A stretch of 26,473 nt of DNA from an uncultured Anaerolineaceae bacterium. Lineage in GTDB: Bacteria; Chloroflexota; Limnocylindria; Limnocylindrales; CSP1-4. The notes beneath the pieces were generated by a model. It saw only the letters and a list, made by a program, of their open reading frames with translations. It had not been told where the DNA came from and made no database searches. The stretch spans positions 1 through 26,473 of the forward strand of contig CAYMBB010000002.1 of the NCBI GenBank assembly GCA_964388515.1, written 5' to 3'. Below, piece by piece: positions 16,055 through 23,820 of this stretch (positions are counted from its first letter, which is position 1; each line of letters begins with the position of its first letter). A program made the translations under genes and the position numbers.

Positions 16055-16921
16055 TCAGGCGCCGGCAGCGGACCGCTGGAGGAGGACGACCCCGCCGAGG
16101 CAGCCGGGTCCGAGGTGCGGCCCGACCGACGGGCCGATCGGCTGGATCGACACCTTCGCCGGATCGATCCCCCCCGGCATCCGCCGGATCAGCTCGTCGC
16201 GGAAGGCCTCGACATCGGGGGCCATCCCGTGGAGGACGGATACCCGCTCGGCCGGCCGGGCGGTCAGCAGCTCGAGGCAGCGCTCGCGCCCCTTCGACCT
16301 CGTCCGGACCCGGTCGGCGGTCACGACCTGGCCGTCGCGGACGGTGATGATCGGCTTCACCGACAGGAGCCCGCCGATCGCCGCCTGGGTGCTGCTGATC
16401 CGGCCGCCTTTCTTCAGGTACTCGAGCGTATCGAGGACGACGTAGAGGTCGATGTCGTCCCGGCGCTGTTCGAGCGTGGCCGCGATCTCGGCCGCCGGCC
16501 GGCCGGCGGCGGCGAGCTCGGCCGCGAGCAGGGCGAGGAGGCCGACGCCCATCGAGGCCGAGCGGGAGTCGACGATCTCGATCTCGCGCCCGGGGAGCAT
16601 GTCGCGCGCGATCCGGGCGCTCTTGATCGTGCCCGAGAGCGTCTCGGCGACGTCGACGCACACGATCGCCTCGGCGCCGGCGGCGAAGCAGGCCTCGAAC
16701 GCGTCGCGAAACTCGCCCGGGCTGGCGGCGGCGGTGGTGGGAAACGGTGCCTCCGGCGCCACCATCCGCGCCCAGAACTCCTCGGTCGACAGGTCGACCC
16801 CGGCCCGGAAGCGCTCACTGCCGAACGTGATCTCGAGTGGCACGACGGTGATCCCGGCCGTCCGCGCATCGGCGGGCGTCAGGTCCGCGGCTGAATCGGT
16901 GACGATCGCGACACGGGGCAC
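16055..16921 (-). CDS. DegV/FakB family fatty-acid-binding protein, 288 aa
   Basis: IVTDSAADL, PTTAAASPG, LSGT, VDSRSASMG, DTLEYLKKGGRI, LLSVKPII, VGPHLGPG. AGGAGG SD before the GTG at 16921. Confidence 0.93.
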   Translation of the reverse strand: MPRVAIVTDSAADLTPADARTAGITVVPLEITFGSERFRAGVDLSTEEFWARMVAPEAPFPTTAAASPGEFRDAFEACFAAGAEAIVCVDVAETLSGTIKSARIARDMLPGREIEIVDSRSASMGVGLLALLAAELAAAGRPAAEIAATLEQRRDDIDLYVVLDTLEYLKKGGRISSTQAAIGGLLSVKPIITVRDGQVVTADRVRTRSKGRERCLELLTARPAERVSVLHGMAPDVEAFRDELIRRMPGGIDPAKVSIQPIGPSVGPHLGPGCLGGVVLLQRSAAGA

Positions 16922-16961
16922 CGCCGCATCCTCCTGCTCTCCTGGTCCATCACCCCGGCGC

Positions 16962-16967
16962 ATGATA
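16962..16967 (-). promoter_or_regulatory. -10 box TATCAT of the DegV gene
   Basis: Hexamer about 40 nt upstream of the GTG, with a short SD-containing leader. Confidence 0.55.
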
Positions 16968-17007
16968 CGTGGCCGCGCCACCGGCGGGAGCCCCGGCGAG
17001 GCACCGC

Positions 17008-18342
17008 TCAGCGGTCGGTCGGCGAGGTCCCCGGCGGCCGTCCGGTCTCCGGAGGCCGCACCGCCTCCGATCCGCGCCGCGCCGGCGCCTCGGTACCGAC
17101 GACATGCTCGAAGGCGCGCAGGCGGGCCAGCGGCACGAGCGCGACCACGAGGAGCAGGAACGTCGCCAGGAGCAGGCCGTCGATCCCGCGTGCCTCCGCG
17201 GCTGCACCCCCGAGCAGGTTGCCCCCGATCTGGCCAAGGGCGAGGAAGACGCTGTACAGGCCCATGATCACGCCCCGATCGGCGGGGAAGGCCTCGGAGA
17301 TATCGGCCAGCAGGCCGAGGGCGGCCGGCGTCGCCCCGGCGAGGACGAAGACCCCGGCCACGAGGACGACGGCACTGGTGAGCTGGAGCAGCGGCGGCAG
17401 GCCCTGGCTGTGGTTCAGGACCCCGGCCGCGAGGACGATCGCCCCGCCGCCGAGGATGCCGTGGAAGATGATCGTCGTCCGGCGCAGGGCCCGGAACCGG
17501 TTGCCCCAATAGAAGAGGCCGGCGAAGAAGACGACCAGAGCGACGCCCAGCCCGAGGCTGACCAGGCTCGGGCTCGCCCGGCCCATGAGCAGCTGGTCGG
17601 CGAAGCGAGGGTCGGGAGCCTTCACGAGCTGAAAGACGGTCTGGCCGGTGGCGATCCCGAGTGCGGCGTTGATCGCGATCCAGGTCGGGGCGAGGAGCCA
17701 GACGTGCGAGCTGAGCAGGACGGCCAGGTAGCGCCTGAGGCCGTAGTGGGTCGGGGCGTTCAGGGGCGTCTCGACCGCCGGCTCCGCGACACCGTGGCGG
17801 TAGACCAGGTACGAGAGACCGTACACGAGCGCGTTCAGGAGGAAGGCCGTCCGCCCGACCGCCTCGTACAGCGGGCCGGCGACGACGAGCCCGATCCCGA
17901 GGCCGGCCAGGGTCGCGCCCTCGAACCGGGCCGCCGCCCGGCCGCGGAGGGCAACGTCGCCGGCGGTGACGAGGGCGACGTAGCCCAGGATCGAGGGCAC
18001 GCTGGCGGCGGTCGAGGCGCCCTCGAGCAGGCGCGTCCCGCCCAGCAGGAGCAGGTTCGTCGTCGCCCAGGTGAGGACGACCGCGACTGCGCCGAAGAGC
18101 GGACCCCACTGCATCACGCGGTGGTGGCCGAGCCGGTCGGCGAGGGCGCCGAAGGGCGGGGACAGCAGGAGCTCGGCGGCGAAGAAGGCGGCGGTCAGGG
18201 CGCCGAGGGCGACCGGCGAGACGGCCGGACCGCCGTGGCGGGGCAGCTCGGCGAGGTAGTACACGAGCATCGCCCCGGTCAGGCCGGTGCTGAAGCGCAG
18301 GGTGAACGTCCCGAACAGGACGGCCCGCAGCGATCGATCCAC
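17008..18342 (-). CDS. MFS transporter, 444 aa
   Basis: About 12 TM helices; motif A-like FGALADRLGHHR; RLLEGAS; C-terminal RGVIMGLYSVF. GTG start. Confidence 0.9.
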   Translation of the reverse strand: MDRSLRAVLFGTFTLRFSTGLTGAMLVYYLAELPRHGGPAVSPVALGALTAAFFAAELLLSPPFGALADRLGHHRVMQWGPLFGAVAVVLTWATTNLLLLGGTRLLEGASTAASVPSILGYVALVTAGDVALRGRAAARFEGATLAGLGIGLVVAGPLYEAVGRTAFLLNALVYGLSYLVYRHGVAEPAVETPLNAPTHYGLRRYLAVLLSSHVWLLAPTWIAINAALGIATGQTVFQLVKAPDPRFADQLLMGRASPSLVSLGLGVALVVFFAGLFYWGNRFRALRRTTIIFHGILGGGAIVLAAGVLNHSQGLPPLLQLTSAVVLVAGVFVLAGATPAALGLLADISEAFPADRGVIMGLYSVFLALGQIGGNLLGGAAAEARGIDGLLLATFLLLVVALVPLARLRAFEHVVGTEAPARRGSEAVRPPETGRPPGTSPTDR

Positions 18343-18348
18343 GGGCGA

Positions 18349-18354
18349 AGAGTA
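18349..18354 (-). promoter_or_regulatory. -10 box TACTCT; leaderless promoter of the MFS gene
   Basis: Minus strand TACTCT-tcgccc-GTG (6-nt spacer). Confidence 0.65.
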
Positions 18355-18441
18355 GCCGCTCGACTCGGCCGCTCGTACGGTCTTGCCCCCGGCCCTGGCC
18401 CGGCCAGGCCGACGGCCGCTTCCGGCGGATCCCCGGGCGGC

Positions 18442-18447
18442 TAGAAT
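18442..18447 (+). promoter_or_regulatory. -10 box TAGAAT; leaderless promoter of the GGT gene
   Basis: TAGAAT-cggcgc-ATG (6-nt spacer); no SD. Confidence 0.72.
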
Positions 18448-18453
18448 CGGCGC

Positions 18454-20112
18454 ATGTCCGAGCTCCCTCTCGTTCCCGTGCCGCTCGCCCGCGGCAGCCG
18501 TGGCGCGGTCGTCGCGCCCCACCACCTGGCGACCGCGGCCGGGCTGGACGTCCTCCGCGCCGGCGGCTCGGCGGTCGACGCCGCGATCGCGACGAACGCG
18601 GTTCTCGCCGTGGTCGCCCCCGAGGCGTGCGGGCTCGGCGGCGACGCGTTCTGGCTGGTCTGGGACGCCGCGGCCGGCCGCCAGCTCGCCCTGAACGGAT
18701 CCGGCCGTGCCGCCGCCGCACTCGACGCAGCCAGCCTGCGGGCACGCGGCCTGGAACGGCTGCCGAAGCGCGGTCCACTGACGATCACCGTCCCGGGCGC
18801 CGTCCGCTCGTGGAGCGACGCCCACCGCCGCTTCGGGCGGCTCAGCCCCGGGACGGTCCTGGCCCCGGCGATCGAGCTGGCGGCCGGGGGCTTCCCGGCC
18901 TGGGACGGGTTCATCGAGTCGGTCGAGGCGACCGCCCCGATCGTGACCGAGGCACTCGGCAGCGCGTCTGGCTGGGCGGCCGTCTACCGTCCTCATGGTC
19001 GGCCGTGGCGTCCCGGCGAGCGGGTCCGCCTGCCCGCCCTGGCGGCAACGCTCGAACGGCTCGCCCGGGCGGGCTTCGACGACTTCTACGAGGGCGAGCT
19101 GGCCGAGCGCCAGGCGCGGGGGCTGGCCGCCGCCGGATCGCCGATCAGCCTGGCCGACCTGCGCGACCACGCCTCGACCTGGGGCGACCCGATCGGGATC
19201 GACTACCGGGGTGTCCGGGTGACGACCCATCCACCGAACAGCCAGGGGCTGGCCGCCCTCCAGATCCTGGCCATGCTCGAGCGGTTCGAGCCGCCGGCAC
19301 CGGCGACCTTCGCCGCCGGTCGGGGCGCGGACGCCGCCTGGATCCACCTCGGGATCGAGGCCTCGAAGCTGGCGATGGCCGATCGGGACGCGTTCATCAC
19401 CGATCCCGCGTTCCGCCCGGTCCCGGTCGACCGGCTCCTCGACCCCGGACACATCGACCAGCTCGTCCGGCGGATCGACCCCGCCCGGGCCGCGCTGCCC
19501 CCGGCCTCGCGCCAGCCCCGGGGCGGCGGCACGATCTACCTGGCCGCGGTCGACGGCGACGGCATGGCCGTCAGCCTGATCGAGTCCAACTACATGGGCT
19601 TCGGATCGGGCGTCGTCGACCCCGCGACCGGGATCGCATACCAGAACCGGGGCAGCTACTTCAGCCTCGAGCCCGATCACCCGAACGTCCTCGAGCCGCG
19701 CAAGCGGACCCTGCACACGCTGATGCCGGGGATGGTCCTGCGCCACGGCCGGCCGTGGGTCGTCGCCGGCTCGATGGGCGGCGACGCGCAGCCCCAGATC
19801 CACGCCCAGCTCGTCTCGGCCCTGGTCGACGGCGCGGTCGACGTCGCGACCGGGGTCGCGGCGCCGCGCTGGTTCGTGGAACCCGAGGACCACTTCGAGC
19901 CGCCGCTCGCCGTGCGCGCCGAGCCTCGCTTCCGCCCGGGGGTCCTCGAAGCGCTCGAGGCGATGGGCCACCCGCTCACCCGGACGGCGCCGTTCAGCGG
20001 CGAGCTCGGCCACTGCCACGCGATCGAGCTCGTCGACGGCGGGCCGGCCGAGGGCGGGACGCTCGCCGCCGCCACCGACCCCCGGAGCGCCGGCCTGCCG
20101 GCCACGCTCTGA
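18454..20112 (+). CDS. Gamma-glutamyltransferase family (Ntn-hydrolase) proenzyme, 552 aa
   Basis: GGSAVDAAIA, CGLGGDAF, ITVPGAV, GGGT(360)IYLAAVD nucleophile Thr, SNYMGFGSG, QNRG..FSL, HTLMPG, GSMGG.AQPQ, TDPRS.G. Confidence 0.93.
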   Translation: MSELPLVPVPLARGSRGAVVAPHHLATAAGLDVLRAGGSAVDAAIATNAVLAVVAPEACGLGGDAFWLVWDAAAGRQLALNGSGRAAAALDAASLRARGLERLPKRGPLTITVPGAVRSWSDAHRRFGRLSPGTVLAPAIELAAGGFPAWDGFIESVEATAPIVTEALGSASGWAAVYRPHGRPWRPGERVRLPALAATLERLARAGFDDFYEGELAERQARGLAAAGSPISLADLRDHASTWGDPIGIDYRGVRVTTHPPNSQGLAALQILAMLERFEPPAPATFAAGRGADAAWIHLGIEASKLAMADRDAFITDPAFRPVPVDRLLDPGHIDQLVRRIDPARAALPPASRQPRGGGTIYLAAVDGDGMAVSLIESNYMGFGSGVVDPATGIAYQNRGSYFSLEPDHPNVLEPRKRTLHTLMPGMVLRHGRPWVVAGSMGGDAQPQIHAQLVSALVDGAVDVATGVAAPRWFVEPEDHFEPPLAVRAEPRFRPGVLEALEAMGHPLTRTAPFSGELGHCHAIELVDGGPAEGGTLAAATDPRSAGLPATL

Positions 20113-20118
20113 ACTCGC

Positions 20119-21147
20119 GTGACCACGGACGCGGCCGGGCCACCGCTCGGGATCGGCCTCGGCGGCTCGATCGCCGAGGTCGTCGAGCTCGCCCGGAACG
20201 CCGAGCGGGCAGGGTTCGAATCGGCCTGGGTGGCCGAGCTCGAGCGCTCGGCCTTCGTCCAGGCGGCGGCGGTGGCGGCCGGGACCTCGTCGATCCGGGT
20301 CGGGACGGCGGTGGCGCTCGCCTTCCCGCGCTCGCCCACGATCACCGCCCTCGAGGCGCGCGACCTCGACGAGCTGTCCGGCGGCCGCTTTCTGCTCGGG
20401 CTGGGGACGCAGGTCAAGCGCGTCGTCGAGGCGCGCTTCTCGGTCCCGTTCGAGCATCCGGCCCAGAGGCTCGCCGAGTACGCGGCCGCGATCCGGGTCG
20501 TCTGGGCGGCCGGCCGCGGTGAGCCTGTCACCCACGAGGGCCGCTTCTACCGGATCACGATGCCTGCCTTCCACGGCCCGGCCCGTCCCGACGCCCGGGA
20601 CGTGCCGATCCTGTTCGCCGCGGTCGGGCCGCTGATGTCGTTCACCGCCGGGACGATCGCCGACGGACTGATCGGCCACCCGCTCGCCTCACCGCGCTAC
20701 CTCGGCGAGATCGTCCGCCCGGCGGTCGCCGAGGGGCTGGCGGCCGCCGGCCGCGAGCCCGGCGCCTGCCCGATCAGCGCCTCGCCCCTGGTCGCCCTGT
20801 CCGATGACCCCGACCAGGCCCGACGCGAGGCGAAGCTGCAGCTCGCGTTCTACGCCACGACCCGGACCTACGCGGCGATCCTGCGCCTCCACGGCCGGGA
20901 GGCGATCATCGGCGACCTTCGGCGCGCCTTCGTGCGCGGCGACCGGGAGCGGATGATCGGCCTCGTGGACGACGAGCTGTGCGACGCGCTGGCGGTCGCC
21001 GGCCGACCGGACGAGGCGCGGCACCGGCTGGCCGCCTGGCACGGGGTGGCCGACCGGCTCATCCTCGCCGGGCCGTGGTACGGGGTCGAGCCGGGCCGGG
21101 GGCGGGAGAACGCGTGGGCGATCATCGACGCGCTCTCGCCGGGCTAG
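20119..21147 (+). CDS. LLM-class oxidoreductase, resembling probable F420-dependent MSMEG_2256-type proteins
   Basis: IRVGTAVALAFPRSP, LSGGRFLLGLGTQVK, VGPLM, ADGLIGHP, FYATTRTY; 6 nt after the GGT stop. Confidence 0.85.
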   Translation: MTTDAAGPPLGIGLGGSIAEVVELARNAERAGFESAWVAELERSAFVQAAAVAAGTSSIRVGTAVALAFPRSPTITALEARDLDELSGGRFLLGLGTQVKRVVEARFSVPFEHPAQRLAEYAAAIRVVWAAGRGEPVTHEGRFYRITMPAFHGPARPDARDVPILFAAVGPLMSFTAGTIADGLIGHPLASPRYLGEIVRPAVAEGLAAAGREPGACPISASPLVALSDDPDQARREAKLQLAFYATTRTYAAILRLHGREAIIGDLRRAFVRGDRERMIGLVDDELCDALAVAGRPDEARHRLAAWHGVADRLILAGPWYGVEPGRGRENAWAIIDALSPG

Positions 21148-21155
21148 GGCCCGCG

Positions 21156-21161
21156 TATACT
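21156..21161 (+). promoter_or_regulatory. -10 box TATACT upstream of the zinc-ribbon/azlCD unit
   Basis: Near-consensus hexamer 9 nt after the LLM stop. Confidence 0.6.
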
Positions 21162-21236
21162 CTCCCCTGCTCCGGCCCTGCCGGCCGGTCGCCGGGACGC
21201 CCCGGCCGGAGCATCGGATCGAGCCTGGAGTCGCCC

Positions 21237-21509
21237 GTGACGTCGAACGTCGGCCAGAACTACCCCTACAGCAGCGAGCCGGAGGCGACCCGCGCGGCGA
21301 AGATCGCCGAGCTCGTCGCCAGCCGCGACCGCCTGGCCGAGAAGCTTGCCGACGAGACGACGCCGCTCGACGAGAACGAGCGCTGGTGGGTCTGGAAGTG
21401 CCCGACGCCGGGCTGCCCGGGCTTCCTGCACGCCGCCGGTTACGCCCGCGACCGCCACGCGGTCTACGTCGTCTGCGACGGGACCTGCGCCCGCACGTTC
21501 CTGCGCTGA
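21237..21509 (+). CDS. Small Cys4 zinc-ribbon-like protein, 90 aa
   Basis: GGAG SD (21227-21230), GTG at 21237. MTSNVGQNYPYSSEPEATRAAKIAELV...WKCPTPGCPGFLHAAGYARDRHAVYVVCDGTCARTFLR. Confidence 0.85.
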   Translation: MTSNVGQNYPYSSEPEATRAAKIAELVASRDRLAEKLADETTPLDENERWWVWKCPTPGCPGFLHAAGYARDRHAVYVVCDGTCARTFLR

Positions 21510-21523
21510 CCCGGCGGCCGGGC

Positions 21524-22282
21524 GTGGCAGCCCGCAACGTCGCCCTCGTCACGGCGCGCCGGCGCCTGCTCGTCGAGGGCGCGGGCATGGCCCTCACGGC
21601 AGCCGCCTTCGGGGTCGTCTACGGCCTCGCCGCCCGGAACGCGGGCCTCTCGCTGGCCGAGGCGATCGCGATGAGCGTGTTCGTCTTCGCCGGCGCTTCC
21701 CAGTTCGCCGCCCTCGGCCTGATCGCGCAGGCGGCGCCCTGGCCGGCGATCATCGTCCTGACCGCGGTCCTGAACGCCCGTCACCTGCTCTACTCCGCGG
21801 CGCTCCTGCCCTGGCTGCGCCCGCGACGGGCCGCCGAACGGGCGGTGATGGCCCACCTCCTGACCGACGAGGCGTTCGCCCTCAGCCTCCACCACTTCCA
21901 GCGGCTCGGCCGGACCGACGTCCGCGGCTACTGGCTCGCCGCCGGCCTGATCTTCGTGCCCTGGAACGTGGCCACGATCATCGGCGTCCTCGGCGGCCAG
22001 GTGATCCCGGACCCGCGCCGGTTCGGGGTCGACATCATCTTCCCGGCCGCGATGGCGGCCCTCGCGGTCCTCCTCGTCCACCGCCGGCGCGATCTCGTGG
22101 CGGCCGTCGTCGGCGTCGTCGTGGCGGTCGGCCTCGGCCTCGCCCTCGACCCTGCGGTCGGCGTCCTCGCCGGCGGCCTGGGCGGGCCGCTCGTGGCGAT
22201 GCTCGTTCCCGGAGGCACGGGGAGACCGCCCGAGAACGTCCTCAGCGACGAGCTCGACCCCTCGCTCGGAGCGACGCCGTGA
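21524..22282 (+). CDS. azlC: AzlC family branched-chain amino acid exporter subunit, 252 aa
   Basis: FAGASQF, LNARHLLYS, LTDEAFA, FPAAMAAL; GTG start at 21524. Confidence 0.88.
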   Translation: MAARNVALVTARRRLLVEGAGMALTAAAFGVVYGLAARNAGLSLAEAIAMSVFVFAGASQFAALGLIAQAAPWPAIIVLTAVLNARHLLYSAALLPWLRPRRAAERAVMAHLLTDEAFALSLHHFQRLGRTDVRGYWLAAGLIFVPWNVATIIGVLGGQVIPDPRRFGVDIIFPAAMAALAVLLVHRRRDLVAAVVGVVVAVGLGLALDPAVGVLAGGLGGPLVAMLVPGGTGRPPENVLSDELDPSLGATP

Positions 22283-22611
22283 GCGTCGAGCTCGTCGTAC
22301 TCGCCCTCCTGATGGGCACCGTGACCTATCCCTCGCGCGCCCTGCCGCTGCTCGCCCCGGGTCTGGAACGGCTGCCGCCCCGGGCGCTCGAGTACCTGCG
22401 CCTCGTCGGGCCCGCCGTCCTCGCCGCGCTCGCCGCGGTCAACATCGCGATCGCCCTCGACCCCGCTCGCCGCCCGTCGTTCCAGGTCGGGATCGAGTGG
22501 CTCGCGGTCGCCGCCTGCGTGGCCCTCGTGGCGTGGCGACGGAACCTGTTCGTGGGCGTGATCGCGGCGGCGATCCTCGTCGCGCTCGCCCGCGCGTCGG
22601 GCGCCGGCTGA
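22279..22611 (+). CDS. azlD: AzlD family membrane protein, 110 aa
   Basis: GTGA overlap with azlC; LMGTVTYPSRALP, LEYLRLVGPAVLAAL, WRRNLFVGV. Confidence 0.85.
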   Translation: MSVELVVLALLMGTVTYPSRALPLLAPGLERLPPRALEYLRLVGPAVLAALAAVNIAIALDPARRPSFQVGIEWLAVAACVALVAWRRNLFVGVIAAAILVALARASGAG

Positions 22612-22626
22612 GAGCCGGCAGCGGCG

Positions 22627-22642
22627 CCGGCCGAGCGGCCGG
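22627..22642. terminator. Hairpin between convergent azlD and the glycosidase-like gene
   Basis: CCGGCC-GAGC-GGCCGG in a 35-bp gap; no U-tract. Confidence 0.35.
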
Positions 22643-22646
22643 GGCG

Positions 22647-23801
22647 TCAGCCTCCCGCCGGCGACGCCGATCGGGCGGTCCGCCGCTCCAGCAGGTCGAG
22701 CAGGATCGCCGACCAGAGCATCGCCTCGTCGGCCCGGAAGATGCCCAGCCGGCCGCGATACGGCCGGAAGTCCGGATCGGCGCCGTCGAGCACCTCCCAG
22801 AGCGTCCCGTCACGCTCGACGAGCCGCTGGTACGCCGTGATCGCCGGCGCCGCAGCCGCCGGATCGACCGAGTCGAGGAGGGCGAGGTAGATCGCACCGA
22901 GCGAGGTCCAGATCGCGGTCCCCTGGTAGTCGGGCACGAACAGGCGCTGGACCGGGTCCTCGGCGGCCGGGTCGCGTCGGGCCGCGTAGCGCAGCGGGAT
23001 CGGCGCGGCCAGGCCGGCGGCGCGGGCCGCGGCGAGTGCCCCGGCCAGCCCGAGCTCCGGAGCGACGACGCCGAGCCAGAACGGGAAGACCGTCGCGTCG
23101 CCAGTGACGAGGTCGCTCTCCCGCCGGTCGACGAAGTGGTCGGCGCGCCAGAACGCGGCCAGGAACCGCTCGCGCGCCCCGGCCGGGACCGGATCGGGGA
23201 ACCAGCGCGTCTCGCCCAGGATGGCCGAGAGGAGGAGGAGCATCGTGTTGGCGTAGCAGTTCGACCCTGTCCGGACGGTGTCGCGGTGGGTCGAGAAGCG
23301 GCGGTCCGCCCGGACCAGGCCGGTCAGGGGGTCGAGCACCTCGCGCCCGAAGCGTTCGACCTCGGGCTCGAGCCAGGCCCGGTGGCGCTCGATCAGCTCC
23401 GCCGCGTCGCTCGCCCGCAGCGCGTACAGGAGGAGCGGCAGCGAATCGACCCCGTACGTATAGACGTCGCGCGGTCGCCGACCGGGGAAGATCGTCGTCG
23501 TCACCCGGCCCTCGCGCGACCAGGCCTCGAGCGCCCAGGCGAGGCTGGCGGCGACCCGTTCCCGGTACCCGAGCCGGACGAGGGCGGTGCTGCTGAACCC
23601 GAGGTCGCGGGTCCAGAACTGGCGGAAGTGGCCGGCGCTGGCCGTGTAATGGTCGCCCGTCCAGCAGTCTTCCAGGATCGCCCGGCAGACCGCCGTGGCG
23701 TCGCCCGGGTAGCGGTGGTGGCCGGCCAGCCGTCGTCGGAGAATCCGCAACCCGCTCGTCAGGTAGGCCGGCAGGAGCGCCGGGTCGAGCAGCCGCGTCA
23801 T
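22647..23801 (-). CDS. Six-hairpin (alpha/alpha)6 glycosidase-like protein (amylo-alpha-1,6-glucosidase/GH63-like catalytic domain), 384 aa
   Basis: QFWTRD (cf. W.RD), DYQGTAIW (cf. YH.G.VW), LWEVLD and MLWSA (cf. E...WS.A). ATG 19 nt after the M20 stop. Confidence 0.65.
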   Translation of the reverse strand: MTRLLDPALLPAYLTSGLRILRRRLAGHHRYPGDATAVCRAILEDCWTGDHYTASAGHFRQFWTRDLGFSSTALVRLGYRERVAASLAWALEAWSREGRVTTTIFPGRRPRDVYTYGVDSLPLLLYALRASDAAELIERHRAWLEPEVERFGREVLDPLTGLVRADRRFSTHRDTVRTGSNCYANTMLLLLSAILGETRWFPDPVPAGARERFLAAFWRADHFVDRRESDLVTGDATVFPFWLGVVAPELGLAGALAAARAAGLAAPIPLRYAARRDPAAEDPVQRLFVPDYQGTAIWTSLGAIYLALLDSVDPAAAAPAITAYQRLVERDGTLWEVLDGADPDFRPYRGRLGIFRADEAMLWSAILLDLLERRTARSASPAGG

Positions 23802-23820
23802 CGTCCGGCTGCTCGCCGCC

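Noticed and set aside
21201-21212. 12-bp match CCCGGCCGGAGC shared with 26411-26422, a possible REP-like element
   Set aside because: Only two copies, flanks differ, and it is expected by chance at this GC content.
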